A stretch of DNA of 42,671 nucleotides from a virus (IMGVR_UViG_2529293144_000007); one strand, 5' to 3'; numbered from the stretch's first letter, positions 1 to 13,660 are shown. Notes: generated from the letters alone by a model not told the origin. Program-made: numbers and translations.

Positions 1-2160
1 CAGACCTGCTGCCCCCTGCGTATTGTCTGTCAGCGCGGCTACCCGACCTTTTGAAGCCAGATTAACTGATGATACTGCTGTTCCACCTGACGGTAGCGCC
101 CCGATCTCTGATGCCGTTGGCTTATTTCTGGAGTTATAGTCCCTTCGCCAGCCAGGTGAATAATCTGTTCCGTGATTAATATAGGTAAACTGGGCGTTGG
201 TTGTTCCGCCACCGCTGGATGTGGTCGGAGTGGTAATGCGGATCGTCATCGCTGACTTTATCCCCATTACTTCAATGACAGCTCCGGCGAGATGAATATT
301 ACCGCAGCCAGTATCAGTAATGATTTTATTATTGCCATAAGACCAGGAACCCTTGCACATCCAGTATGGATGGTTAAATGCTCCCTGAGAATCCAGCCAC
401 TCGATAAACTGTGCAGTCGTCCAGTTTCCTGTTGTTGTGCTTACTGACCCACCGAAGGCACGGCAGGCACCAATATTTTTCGTAAAGGTGTCTTTGCCAG
501 GGATATCCGCACCGTTCTGATCTTTCTGCAGACGTTTCTCAGCATTGTCATTGGCTGCTTTTACTGCCTTTGGCGTTGCCGCCAGCGTTTCAGACGTGCT
601 GTTGGTCGCGCTGCTTAGCTGGATTATCCCTTTCTGTGCTGTCGTTGCATCCTGTGCGGTGTATTTCCCGTTAGCCAGGTCATACGCGGCCTTAACGGCT
701 TTTGGTGTTGCCGCCAGTGACTCGGAAGTGCTGTTAGTCGCACTACTGAGCTGTACTATCCCCTTTTTCGTCGTGCTCGCATCCTCAAGTGCCACGGCGG
801 ATGCAATATCCTCTGCCCGTTTTGCCGCTGTCTCAGCGCGCGTTGCTGCAGATTCCGCCGTACTTTTGCTCTGAGCTGCTGCCTTCGCACTACCAGCAGC
901 CTCTGTCGCCTTCGTGGATGCCGTCGTGGCGCTGCCCTTCGCTGCTGACGCCTGTCTGGTCGCCTCATCTTTTGAAGCAGACGCCGATGATGCCGATGAC
1001 GCCGCCGAACTGGCGGACGATGCCGCTGCCGTTTTTGAGGATTCTGCACGGGTTTCCGACGCTTTCGCGTTCGTTTCGGATGTCTTCGCTGCGGAAGCTG
1101 ACCTCGCTGCTGCCGTGGCCTGCTCAGTGGCTTCGCCAGCCTTCGTTGTGGCTGTTGAAGCGGATGATGCGGCGCTTTCTGCCGATTTTCCGGCGGCGGT
1201 GGCACTGGCTGAGGCCTGCCCGGCACTTGTTGACGCGGCACTGGCAGACGACGCAGCCGCTGTTTTTGAGCCTGCCGCAGCTGAGGCGCTCTGTCCCGCT
1301 GCCGTCTCAGAAGACCTGGCGTTCGTCTCGGACGTTTTTGCCGCCTTCGCGGAATTTCCTGCCGCCGTTGCCGAGGAAGCTGCGCTACTGGCGCTCAAGG
1401 ATGCGTTCGTTTCTGATGATTTCGCTGCCTCTTTTGAGGCCGCCGCATCCCGGGCTGAGGTGGCAGCTTCTGACGCTTTCGTGGTCGCGGTGGATGCAGA
1501 AGTGGCGGCTGATTGTTCTGACGCTGCGGCATTCGTTTCTGACGTTTTCGCCGCACCGGCACTGGTAGCTGCCACGCTTGTTGAGGACTCTGCAGCGGCA
1601 GCACTTTTTGAGGCTTCAGTGGCCTTTGTTGATGCCGTTCCTGCGCTGGAAGACGCTGACTGAGCCGACGAAGCGGCCTGTCCGGCTGACGTGCTGGCTG
1701 CACGTGCTGAATCTGCAGCATCAGTCGCATGGGTTGCCGCCTCACGGGCAGATGTGCTGGCATCGCCGGCTGACTTCTTCGCGGCTGCCGTGTTCTGTGC
1801 CACTACGGACGCGTTACGCGCCACCTCTTCCACCATCAGTTCAAAACGGCGCAGTGCCTCCGGACGGGCATCATCCTCCGTCATGGCACCGAGAAAATCA
1901 TTCAGCGTACCGGGTTGAGAATCTTCATACACGGTGATGGTCCCGGCATGTGACGGCGGGAATCCTTCCACCAACAGAATAACGCTGTACTGACCGTACT
2001 CAACGTCCATGCTGTAACGCCCGGCTTCATCCGGATTTTCTGAGGCCAGCGTGTTCACCACCACCGTGGTGCTGTTACGTTTTGCTTTCAGCTGGATTGT
2101 GCAGTTCTGTACCGGTTTTCCTGTGCCGTCTTTCAGTACACCTGAAATCTTTACTGCCAT
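1..2160 (-). CDS. stf: side tail fibre protein, 3'-partial (ORF runs off the window start)
   Basis: Manual translation from ATG at 2160..2158 (GGGGTG RBS upstream) gives MAVKISGVLKDGTGKPVQNCTIQLKAKRNSTTVVVN..., matching the lambda Stf N-terminus as recalled, followed by Ala/Ser/Thr-rich repeats. Frame checked open in segments 1..600 and 1620..2160. Absent from the ORF track because there is no in-window stop. Confidence 0.75.
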   Translation of the reverse strand, partial: MAVKISGVLKDGTGKPVQNCTIQLKAKRNSTTVVVNTLASENPDEAGRYSMDVEYGQYSVILLVEGFPPSHAGTITVYEDSQPGTLNDFLGAMTEDDARPEALRRFELMVEEVARNASVVAQNTAAAKKSAGDASTSAREAATHATDAADSARAASTSAGQAASSAQSASSSAGTASTKATEASKSAAAAESSTSVAATSAGAAKTSETNAAASEQSAATSASTATTKASEAATSARDAAASKEAAKSSETNASLSASSAASSATAAGNSAKAAKTSETNARSSETAAGQSASAAAGSKTAAASSASAASTSAGQASASATAAGKSAESAASSASTATTKAGEATEQATAAARSASAAKTSETNAKASETRAESSKTAAASSASSAASSASSASASKDEATRQASAAKGSATTASTKATEAAGSAKAAAQSKSTAESAATRAETAAKRAEDIASAVALEDASTTKKGIVQLSSATNSTSESLAATPKAVKAAYDLANGKYTAQDATTAQKGIIQLSSATNSTSETLAATPKAVKAANDNAEKRLQKDQNGADIPGKDTFTKNIGACRAFGGSVSTTTGNWTTAQFIEWLDSQGAFNHPYWMCKGSWSYGNNKIITDTGCGNIHLAGAVIEVMGIKSAMTIRITTPTTSSGGGTTNAQFTYINHGTDYSPGWRRDYNSRNKPTASEIGALPSGGTAVSSVNLASKGRVAALTDNTQGAAGL

Positions 2161-2171
2161 ATTCACCCCAC

Positions 2172-2198
2172 AAAAAAGCCCGCCTGAACCGGCGGGCT
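2172..2198 (-). terminator. intrinsic terminator between lom and stf
   Basis: Minus-strand reading AGCCCGCC-GGTTCA-GGCGGGCT followed by TTTTTTG. Confidence 0.6.
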
Positions 2199-2224
2199 GT
2201 CATAACACTGTGTTACCTGGCTAA

Positions 2225-2824
2225 TCAGAACTTATAACCGACACCCACGATGAAACCGTCAGTGCGCCAGTCGCCACTGCCGGAGCCTTCATAAGCAATA
2301 TCAATGGCCACGGATTCGGTCGGGTTAAACTGCACGCCAGCTCCCCACGCCAGAGACGTGTTGCTGTGGCGACCGTCATCACTTCCGGTCAGCACATCGT
2401 GCTTTTTCCCCTTGTTGTCAGTTACGCGGAGATAATCCCCGGAGAAAGTCGACACACGGCTGTAAGCCACACCCGCCATCGCATACGCGCTGAACCATTC
2501 ATTCACGCGCACAGACGGCCCCGCCATCACGCTGAACCAGCGGTTACGCACGGAATCTTCATGCCAGCGGGTATCGCTGTAATGGGTCAGCTGGCGATTC
2601 TTGTCTCCTGCATAGCTGAATGACGTCACCATCCCCAGTGTGTCCGTAAACTCATAACGGTATTTCACGTTAATCCCGTTCAGATCATCGCTGCCGGGAA
2701 CGTTCGTCGAGGCATGAAGATACCCCGCGCTCAGCGTGGACTGATGTTCAGACGCCCATGCAGGCGCACCGGATACGGCCAGACAAATGGCTGCGGACAA
2801 AATGGCGGCATAAAGTTTACGCAT
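2225..2824 (-). CDS. lom: outer membrane protein Lom (Ail/Lom family)
   Basis: 199 aa with signal peptide (MRKLYAAILSAAICLAVSGAPAWA) and a beta-barrel pattern ending in YKF; position after J matches lambda. Confidence 0.9.
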   Translation of the reverse strand: MRKLYAAILSAAICLAVSGAPAWASEHQSTLSAGYLHASTNVPGSDDLNGINVKYRYEFTDTLGMVTSFSYAGDKNRQLTHYSDTRWHEDSVRNRWFSVMAGPSVRVNEWFSAYAMAGVAYSRVSTFSGDYLRVTDNKGKKHDVLTGSDDGRHSNTSLAWGAGVQFNPTESVAIDIAYEGSGSGDWRTDGFIVGVGYKF

Positions 2825-2849
2825 AATTACCTCTCGCTTTTCTGCAATA

Positions 2850-2874
2850 AAAAAGGCGTCATTTCTGACGCCCG
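2850..2874 (-). terminator. intrinsic terminator after J
   Basis: Minus-strand GGCGTCA-GAAA-TGACGCC followed by TTTTTT. Confidence 0.55.
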
Positions 2875-2890
2875 TTATGGGTTATAAAAT

Positions 2891-6291
<3,401 letters not shown>

Positions 6292-6348
6292 TCACGCTCC
6301 ATAAACGACAAAACCGCCCGCAGGCGGTTTCACATAAAACATTTTGCA

Positions 6349-6996
6349 TCAGCGACCAATCACCACAACCAGACCACCGTCCCCTTCGTCTGCCGTGCTG
6401 ATCTCCTGAGAAACCACCCGCGACCCCACACGCATTTCACCGTACAGAACAGGCAAAACATTGCCCTGAGCAACCATGTTATCCAGTGAGGAGAAATAGG
6501 TGTTCTGTTTGCCGTTATCTGTACTGGCTGCCGTGGGCGTCCTGGCTTTCGGTGCCAGCATCTGCGCCACACCGCCCAGGATCATACTGGCCCCTGCCGC
6601 ATACATGCCCGATACAGCCGCGGCACCCAGCCAGCCCACAGGGTTCCACCATGCCACCGCAATCAACGCCGCCCCCAGCACCACCTGAAATACACCGCCA
6701 CTTTTAGCTCCCGCCAGACGCGGCACGATATGGATCACGGCACCATTTGCCAGCGGCTCATTAAGACGGGCAGATAATTCGGTTTCACCTGCATCACGCC
6801 CGGCAATGCGCACCTGATACCAGCCGTCATTCAGTTTCTGACGAAACGCCGGGACCTGTGTGGACAGCGCCCGGATGGCTTCAGACCCCGTTTTTACACG
6901 AAGGTCGATGCGGCGGCCAAATCGTTGTAAATCCCCGTAAAGGCAGATGCGTGCCATGCCCGGTGACGCCAGAGGGAGTGTGTGCGTCGCTGCCAT
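6349..6996 (-). CDS. I: tail assembly protein I
   Basis: 215 aa; position and sequence (MAATHTLPLASPGMARICLYGDL...) consistent with lambda gpI. Confidence 0.85.
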   Translation of the reverse strand: MAATHTLPLASPGMARICLYGDLQRFGRRIDLRVKTGSEAIRALSTQVPAFRQKLNDGWYQVRIAGRDAGETELSARLNEPLANGAVIHIVPRLAGAKSGGVFQVVLGAALIAVAWWNPVGWLGAAAVSGMYAAGASMILGGVAQMLAPKARTPTAASTDNGKQNTYFSSLDNMVAQGNVLPVLYGEMRVGSRVVSQEISTADEGDGGLVVVIGR

Positions 6997-7637
6997 TTGT
7001 CGGTATACCTCTCTCGTTTACTCAGTTGTTCAGGAATATGGTGCAGCAGCTCGCCGTCGCCGCAGTAAATAGCGGCATGATTCGGCACCGATGAACCAAA
7101 ACAGCACAGCAGCACATCGCCCGGCTGCGCCGCTGACAACGGCACCTGATACAGCCCTGTGGCCTCCAGATTATCCAGATAGAGATTCTGACCGTGACGC
7201 CACCAGTCATCCCCGCGATGAAAATTCGGCATCTCAATCCCCGCCAGATGATAAGCATCCCGGAACAGCGTGTAACAGTCCGTCACCCCGTGCTCAAAGC
7301 GCCGCCCGGTGAGATGCGGCACACAGCGGAACTTATGAATCGCCCCCCGGCAGACCAGCAACCACGGCAAATCACTCTGCACCTGCAGCCGCCGGTCAGC
7401 CTCACTCAGCCAGGGCAGACCACCGGGGTGGCTGTGGACCAGCGCCACAATCTCACCCTGCATTTCTGCCTGCAGCCAGTCCTCCGGCGACATCCGGAAA
7501 TAATCCTCTGGCTCACCGGAGATATTCACGCAGGGAAAATATCTTTCCCCCTCCGGCGTGCTTACCACGAAGCCGCACGACTCCGCTGGCGCACATCGCC
7601 GGGCGTGCGCCAGAATCGCTGATTCTGTCTGTGTCAT
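6894..7637 (-). CDS. K: tail assembly protein K (MPN/JAMM plus NlpC/P60 domains)
   Basis: 247 aa with an HSHP JAMM-like motif and a Cys/His peptidase pattern; lambda gpK-like. Confidence 0.85.
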   Translation of the reverse strand: MTQTESAILAHARRCAPAESCGFVVSTPEGERYFPCVNISGEPEDYFRMSPEDWLQAEMQGEIVALVHSHPGGLPWLSEADRRLQVQSDLPWLLVCRGAIHKFRCVPHLTGRRFEHGVTDCYTLFRDAYHLAGIEMPNFHRGDDWWRHGQNLYLDNLEATGLYQVPLSAAQPGDVLLCCFGSSVPNHAAIYCGDGELLHHIPEQLSKRERYTDKWQRRTHSLWRHRAWHASAFTGIYNDLAAASTFV

Positions 7638-7642
7638 GGGAT

Positions 7643-8341
7643 TTACTGCGAAAGTTTGTTAATGGAAAGGAAGCCGCCAAAGTTGCCGACATTATTGCGG
7701 AACTTACAGCCACTCAGGCATTTGCTGCATTTATCCTTCGTGATATCGGACGTCGGCTGATCATATTCATCCGCGACAGCCGGACCGTGATAACCGCACT
7801 CATCACCGCGATAGGTCCAGGTGCAGGTATTAGCCAGCATGATGCGCCCCGGAAAAACGGCACCATCCGTTTCCGTCGGTGTGGACAACACAAAGGAGGC
7901 ACTGACCGCACTCAGTTCGCTGCACTGCTCTATGCGCCAGCGGCTGATCACCTCCTGCTCCGGATCGGCGTCGCTGTTTCCGTTGACGAAGTTCACCGCA
8001 TCCAGAAAACGGGCGTAAACCTTACGCCTGACCACCGTTCCGCCGACCAGACTCTGCAGGTCTTCCGCCATCCCCGTGACCATGCCGTGCAGGTTAGAAA
8101 CCGTCAGTGTCGGACGGGCAGCACTGCCCTTGCCGTTCAGTTCAAATCCCGTCCCCTGAATGGGGTATGCCTGATACTGCCGCCCCTGCCAGGTAACCGG
8201 CTCACCTTTTTCGTTCTGCTCATTACAGAAAAAATAACGTTCACCACCGACCTCTGTCAGATCGATTTCCCAGAGCACCACCTGGGCTGACTGAGTGAGG
8301 CGTGTCGTCTCATGATGTGTTTCCTGTGGAATATCCTGCAC
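7643..8341 (-). CDS. L: minor tail protein L
   Basis: 232 aa, same length as lambda gpL, with C-terminal Cys cluster (CSKCLSGC). Confidence 0.9.
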   Translation of the reverse strand: MQDIPQETHHETTRLTQSAQVVLWEIDLTEVGGERYFFCNEQNEKGEPVTWQGRQYQAYPIQGTGFELNGKGSAARPTLTVSNLHGMVTGMAEDLQSLVGGTVVRRKVYARFLDAVNFVNGNSDADPEQEVISRWRIEQCSELSAVSASFVLSTPTETDGAVFPGRIMLANTCTWTYRGDECGYHGPAVADEYDQPTSDITKDKCSKCLSGCKFRNNVGNFGGFLSINKLSQ

Positions 8342-8350
8342 CAGAGCCTC

Positions 8351-8680
8351 CTATGCCACGACCTGTTCAAAATCTGCCGTTATGGTTACCCACAGCGCCC
8401 CCACGCTTGCCGACCATTTACGACAAACCACCCTAATCGGTTTCCAGTCATAAGGTGGCGTCCACTGAAATGCGCGGACGCCACCGTGCCGTTCCAGAAA
8501 GGCTTTTAAAGATGGGTGTTCACATTTACGAACACGTATCGTCACGCTGTAAGTCGACAACTGGTTATTCAGTCCCGCCGCACGACGCTGTTCATAACCA
8601 TCGCCCAGCTTCACTGTCGCCACTTTCGGCTCTGATACCACATTCATATCCGGGCGCACTTTCCAGTGAAACGTCTCCAT
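8351..8680 (-). CDS. M: minor tail protein M
   Basis: 109 aa with WTPPY motif; lambda gpM-like. Confidence 0.9.
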   Translation of the reverse strand: METFHWKVRPDMNVVSEPKVATVKLGDGYEQRRAAGLNNQLSTYSVTIRVRKCEHPSLKAFLERHGGVRAFQWTPPYDWKPIRVVCRKWSASVGALWVTITADFEQVVA

Positions 8681-11600
8681 TACCGATATGCTCCACTTAA
8701 CCGACCACCATCACGGGCCTGCTGTTGCATAAAGTCCGCTGCCGCTTTTTTCCCAAGGTCATAAACCACCTTCAGGGCAGCCGGACCTATCTGCCCGTTC
8801 GTGCCATCGTTATTGATCTCGATGTTGTACTGCGGGGCAAACATCGCCATACCTGAACCACCAATATCCGCCACAACCCCCAGCTTACCGTCAGCACCAC
8901 GACGCAGTGGCAGAATGGCTTCAGGTCCAGCTTCCCCCATCACACCCGCGCCTTTTGCAAAAGCAAAAAACGTCGGACGGTTAACCACCGTGCCACTGTA
9001 GCGACTCAAATCAGCCGACTGATAAACACCGCCATCAGCATTGGCTACAAAATCAAAAGGCAGCGCGGAAGCAATGCCTTTTACCGCTTTCATTAAAGCT
9101 ATCTGAGCCATGATTCTGGACATATCTGACAGCACAGAAGAGGTGAAGGATTTGAAATTGAGTTTGCCTGTAGTACAGAATGTCGCCAGCCAGTCACTCA
9201 TGCTACTGAACGCAGACGTGAACAACTGTTCCACTGTCCCGGCTGTGTTATCCGCTTTCTCAGTGACATTCTGGAGTGCACGCAGGACTCCGTTTTTCCA
9301 ATCACCCTGAGCAATTTCAAGCTGTTGCCAATAACGGCGATTCTCATTCAGTTGTCGGTTCAGGCTCTCCGTCAGCGCCTGCTCGGCCTTTCTGTAGTCA
9401 TCCGTGTTATATGTCCCTTTCTGCTCACTATCCCGCCTCAACTGCTCCAGCTGTTGCTGGTATTTCTGGCGAAGACTCAGTTGTACCTGATATCGCTGCC
9501 GCTGCTGATCACCCATACCCACCGTGGCGATATCCAGGTCATGTTGCTGACGCTGAGCGCGCTCTTCTTCAGCCAGTTGACTGGTCAGCTGAATTGTTTT
9601 TTTCTTCAGCTCGTTGAGTGCCGTCTGTTTCTGAAGCTCCTGCTGTTTTACATCCAGCAGCGTCAGTGCCTGAATCAGTTCATCTTTACGGGCCAGCACA
9701 CTCTTTTCATCTGCCGTCAGTTTTTTCCCGTCCAGGTCGCTGATGCGCTGCTGCAGAGCCAGAAGCTGTTTATGCGCTTCTGTCATCTTTTCAGTGGCAA
9801 TGCCTGCTGACTGTCTTGCAGCAGCAATCTGCCCTTCCACCTGTGCCTGTTGCTGACTGTACTGCAGCAATAACCGGGTGGCCTCATCATTACGGGTTTC
9901 GCGTGTTTTTTTCTTACCGGATGCCAGGGCTTTCTCGTAACGTTCATTTTCACGTTGTATCGCCGCATCCCTGACAGCCTGGTCGGCGTACTGCATGGCA
10001 TTAATACGCGCAATTTCACGCTGATGTCGTGCTGCTTCCGTTTCATTCATCCGGTTCAGTGCAGCATTTTCAGCATTACGTCGTTTCTGTTGCTCCTGAT
10101 AATTCCGCTCTGCCTGCTCTTTTGCATCCTGCAAATCCTTCTGGCGTTTTTTCTCCTGAAGATCGTTAAGACGCTGCTGATCGTATTCAACCTGAGAAGA
10201 TGATGCCGTCCAGGGGAGTCTTTTCGCCCGCGACACTTTCTCCTGTAAAGCGGCAATCTGTTCATCCAGCGAGTCTTCACGACCAATATTCATGGCCGCA
10301 TCCCAGAAACGACTCCACAAATCAGACAGATACTTCAGCGTACTGCCAAGCGCATTGAGGTTATTATCAATATCCGCAGTACGCCGACCGGTTTCCTCTG
10401 CCAGTGCAGACATGGCTATCCGTGCAGCATCACTGGACCGTCCCTGATCCCCAAGGACACGTATCTGCTCAAGCTGAGTGGCAGTAAGAAAATGCAGCTC
10501 ATTGTCCAGAGCCTTCGCGGCATTTACAGGATCATCCTTCAGCCGCTTAAACTGATTTATGGTATCGCTGACCGACTGGCCAACCGATCGCTCCATCTGT
10601 GCGGCAGCTCTCGCCACCATACCGATATCGTTTCCACGAAATGCACCACTCCCCACCACCTGAGCCAGCGCACCGGCTGCAGCATTTTGCGTGATACCAT
10701 TCCCGGAAATAGCACGACTAAGCGTCCACAGCTGCCCGGCAGTGACTCCGGCATAATGCCCCGTCAGCGACAACTGGCGGTTAAATTCTTCCCCCTCCTT
10801 CTGACCGTCATACCAGGCTTTACCCAGACCATAGACGGCCGCGGCAATACCGCCAATAACCCCGCCCAGCATCATGCCTTTCGGTGACATCAGTGTGTCT
10901 ATCCATCCGGCACGGTTAGCCAGCGTTATCCCGGATCCCCTCAGCGCACCTAAATTGCCGCGAGCCAGTTCACCTATCAGAACGCCTATCTCCTGGCGGG
11001 CCGCTGCACTTTTCAGCCCCAGCGAATGCGTGGCTTTTCCTGCCTGCTCCATTTTGCGGATATACACTTCTGCAGCACTGCTTACCCCCAGCTGGGCAGC
11101 CTTAGCACGAAGCAACTCAGAAGAAGAAAGATTCTGGCGGGTTGCCTGCTCTTTAAGCTGACGGATAAACGCCACTTTCTGTCGGGTAGCCTCTTCCTCA
11201 GCCTGTGTAAGAACACGGGTTTTCGCCGTAACCTCAGAAATCAGCGCCAGATAATCCTGCTGACCAATCCCGCCACTGTTTCTGGCCTGTCGGATCTGCT
11301 GCTGAATACGCTGTAATTCCTGCAGCCCCGCACTGGCCTGTTTCACACTGTCAATCTGACGATAAAACGCAGCAGCCGCTTTATCCTGAGCCTCCGCCAG
11401 AGCCATGGCCTGCGCCTGTTCCTCGCGCATTTTCTGGCTCAGCGCCTCCATGCGCTGGCGGGTTTTCTCCACCTCGCGGGCCATGCGTTCATGAGCCTGT
11501 GCGTTCTTCTCCACCGTCTGCGCATGGACGGATGCGGCTGTTGCAGCCGAAGAAGCCGCCTGCGTTGTCTGCCGGGCGGCCTGAGTCTGACGCTCCATAA

Positions 11601-11736
11601 AACGCTGCATACGGGCAGACGACCGTTCTGCATCGCAGGCGGCACCATTCAGAAGGTTTTTGATACGGGGAATTTCATTTTTAAACTCTGCCGCATCAAT
11701 CCCCAAATCAATGACCAGGTTGGCTATCTGGTCCAT
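8680..11736 (-). CDS. H: tail tape measure protein H
   Basis: Long coiled-coil-rich ORF with C-terminus ...EINNDGTNGQIGPAALKVVYDLGKK... as in lambda gpH; start set at ATG 11736 (GGAGGTG RBS); the track ORF begins upstream at a TTG. Confidence 0.9.
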   Translation of the reverse strand: MDQIANLVIDLGIDAAEFKNEIPRIKNLLNGAACDAERSSARMQRFMERQTQAARQTTQAASSAATAASVHAQTVEKNAQAHERMAREVEKTRQRMEALSQKMREEQAQAMALAEAQDKAAAAFYRQIDSVKQASAGLQELQRIQQQIRQARNSGGIGQQDYLALISEVTAKTRVLTQAEEEATRQKVAFIRQLKEQATRQNLSSSELLRAKAAQLGVSSAAEVYIRKMEQAGKATHSLGLKSAAARQEIGVLIGELARGNLGALRGSGITLANRAGWIDTLMSPKGMMLGGVIGGIAAAVYGLGKAWYDGQKEGEEFNRQLSLTGHYAGVTAGQLWTLSRAISGNGITQNAAAGALAQVVGSGAFRGNDIGMVARAAAQMERSVGQSVSDTINQFKRLKDDPVNAAKALDNELHFLTATQLEQIRVLGDQGRSSDAARIAMSALAEETGRRTADIDNNLNALGSTLKYLSDLWSRFWDAAMNIGREDSLDEQIAALQEKVSRAKRLPWTASSSQVEYDQQRLNDLQEKKRQKDLQDAKEQAERNYQEQQKRRNAENAALNRMNETEAARHQREIARINAMQYADQAVRDAAIQRENERYEKALASGKKKTRETRNDEATRLLLQYSQQQAQVEGQIAAARQSAGIATEKMTEAHKQLLALQQRISDLDGKKLTADEKSVLARKDELIQALTLLDVKQQELQKQTALNELKKKTIQLTSQLAEEERAQRQQHDLDIATVGMGDQQRQRYQVQLSLRQKYQQQLEQLRRDSEQKGTYNTDDYRKAEQALTESLNRQLNENRRYWQQLEIAQGDWKNGVLRALQNVTEKADNTAGTVEQLFTSAFSSMSDWLATFCTTGKLNFKSFTSSVLSDMSRIMAQIALMKAVKGIASALPFDFVANADGGVYQSADLSRYSGTVVNRPTFFAFAKGAGVMGEAGPEAILPLRRGADGKLGVVADIGGSGMAMFAPQYNIEINNDGTNGQIGPAALKVVYDLGKKAAADFMQQQARDGGRLSGAYR

Positions 11737-12054
11737 AACGCACACCTCCGGAAATACCTTCCCCAAGATGCATCAGTTCTTCGTCCGTTCGCTCCGGTAT
11801 CCCGTTCTCTTCCGGTAAAAGGCTGAAATCAGCCACCGCAGCATCACTGCTTCCGGACACCATTCTCACGATCAATGCCTTCAGCGAGGCAAACTGCGCA
11901 TCCATCCACACATCACTGAAGCTCTGCATCCGGAAATAATCGCCCCACTCACCAAGCTCAGTGGCCGACATTTCCGACAGCATCCGCCGCCAGTCTGCCC
12001 GCCGGAACTCCCGGGCAAGCCGCATGACAAACTGCATTTCCCGCGTCAGGACTT
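11708..12054 (-). CDS. T: tail assembly chaperone T-extension, expressed as a G-T fusion by -1 frameshift
   Basis: The -1 frame relative to G is open from inside the G 3' end and encodes ...MQFVMRLAREFRRADWRRMLSEMSATELGEW..., lambda gpT-like. Confidence 0.75.
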
Positions 12055-12435
12055 TTCCGGCGTCAGCGCCTCATGCTCATCATCCCCGGCATTATCAATG
12101 GCCCCCATACCGCTCAGCGACAGAACCATCTCCGCCCCCGCCCCCAGGGCATCATACGACCATGTTGTAATAACGGATGCGCAAAGCGTCTCTACATCCT
12201 TAGACTGATCCGCATTCCACAGTGAGCGGGAAACCAGCCAGGCATTGATATCCATCCCCATCCGCAGAAAAGCAATCTGTCGTTCAGCCTCCGGCAGTTC
12301 TCCCTCCCCGGCATCAAACTTTGCCGTTCGCTGCTGAACAAACGCCAGATATTCAATTCTCTGCAGCCCGGACAGCTCACTGAGCACCACGGACTGTTTT
12401 TCATAATTAAACGTGTCCTGTTTCAGAAACATCAT
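12046..12435 (-). CDS. G: tail assembly chaperone G
   Basis: 129 aa, MMFLKQDTFNYEKQSVVLSELSGLQRIEYLA..., lambda gpG-like. Confidence 0.85.
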   Translation of the reverse strand: MMFLKQDTFNYEKQSVVLSELSGLQRIEYLAFVQQRTAKFDAGEGELPEAERQIAFLRMGMDINAWLVSRSLWNADQSKDVETLCASVITTWSYDALGAGAEMVLSLSGMGAIDNAGDDEHEALTPEKS

Positions 12436-12492
12436 GTTCTACACCTGCAAAAAAGCCCCGGATAACCGGGGCAAATGATGAGTATCGTCCTG

Positions 12493-13236
12493 TTAACCTG
12501 CGGCGCTGACAGTCACCGCAGCCACAGCCACAAAATTCCCGTCAGCGGTCATGCCCACAATGCTGACACTGCCCTGCTTCACGCCTTTCACCGTGGCCAC
12601 AAGCCCGTTCAGGGTCACCGTGGCAGTCTGTGGATCTGACGAATGCACACTGATCGCTTTGTCACTGGCTCCGTCAGGTTTTACTGTAAAGGTCAGCGTG
12701 GTGGTTGCTCCCACATTGACACTGGCAGATGCCGGTGCCACCGTCAGCCCGGTAACGCCCACGGTTTCAGTGCCCTCCTCTGCCAGATACGGACGCCCCA
12801 CACCGCTGATTTTCACGGTGCGGGTCATCACGTCTTTTGAGGCAATGGTTTTACCCAGTGAGCTCAGCCAGCCACGGAAAACATCAACAGTACCGTTGGG
12901 ATATTTGATACGAAACGCGCAGACTTCACCGGAGTCGAACAACTGAACCAGTTTTTTCTGTCCGCTGTCACCCGGACGCCAGGCCAGCGTCGCCGAAGTA
13001 TCACCGACGGATTTCTGCCCCTGAGTTGTCGTTTTCCAGTCTGCATCTTCATCATCGAGATAAGTATCATCTTCTGCATCAGCGGTCATTTCGCCAGGTT
13101 GCAGATCCTTCACCATCGCAAGACGCAGCCAGTCAGTGTCCGATAAAGGGTTCGCAAACGCATCGCCCTTGCCGGTGTACATCCAGAACGTCGTTCCCGC
13201 ACCTTTCGTTTTTGCCAGTGGATTTGGTGTGGTCAT
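12493..13236 (-). CDS. V: major tail protein V with C-terminal Ig-like domain
   Basis: Start chosen at MTTPNPLAKTKGAGTTFWMY; lambda gpV-like throughout, including the C-terminal Ig-like segment. Confidence 0.9.
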   Translation of the reverse strand: MTTPNPLAKTKGAGTTFWMYTGKGDAFANPLSDTDWLRLAMVKDLQPGEMTADAEDDTYLDDEDADWKTTTQGQKSVGDTSATLAWRPGDSGQKKLVQLFDSGEVCAFRIKYPNGTVDVFRGWLSSLGKTIASKDVMTRTVKISGVGRPYLAEEGTETVGVTGLTVAPASASVNVGATTTLTFTVKPDGASDKAISVHSSDPQTATVTLNGLVATVKGVKQGSVSIVGMTADGNFVAVAAVTVSAAG

Positions 13237-13246
13237 TACCACCTCC

Positions 13247-13660
13247 TTAATTCGTGTACGTGATCTGGTACGTGATTTCCGCCATCGCCCAGGTGGCCAT
13301 CTCATTATCACGTTGATAGTTAAAACCGAGTGGGATCAGGGTGTCGATGAGTCCGGAAAGTGCCGGTACATCATTCAGGGCCGGGAAAATGGTGCTCTCC
13401 ATCCACATATCCAGCTCTGAATCTGGTGCCTGTGCCCGGATGAAGACAGCAATATGCAGAACAGCCTGCCAGTCATCTTCATCCGTCATTTTTCCGGTGT
13501 ACTGAGCATCACTCAGCCACACCGCCACGGCAGGCAGTTCCTGCGCATCAACAAATGCCGGAAGTCCGTCAAAAAACGTGGCGCTGTCTCCACACTGTTC
13601 CTGAAGGCGTGCCAGTACGACCTGGCGTATTTGTGTATGTCGGTTCATCGGGTCAGCCAT
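13247..13660 (-). CDS. U: tail terminator protein U
   Basis: 137 aa with ATFFDG and PAVAVWL motifs; lambda gpU-like. Confidence 0.85.
   Translation of the reverse strand: MADPMNRHTQIRQVVLARLQEQCGDSATFFDGLPAFVDAQELPAVAVWLSDAQYTGKMTDEDDWQAVLHIAVFIRAQAPDSELDMWMESTIFPALNDVPALSGLIDTLIPLGFNYQRDNEMATWAMAEITYQITYTN

Noticed and set aside
545-1763. Multiple overlapping ORFs on both strands (545..874 +, 756..1241 -, 789..1568 +, 914..1663 +, 1395..1763 -), including Arg-rich and Ala-rich translations
   Set aside because: They are alternative-frame artefacts of the GC-rich repetitive region of the minus-strand stf gene, whose own frame is open and matches the tail-fibre protein.
9325-11316. Several plus-strand ORFs of 80..160 aa
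   Set aside because: Antisense within the tape measure gene H.
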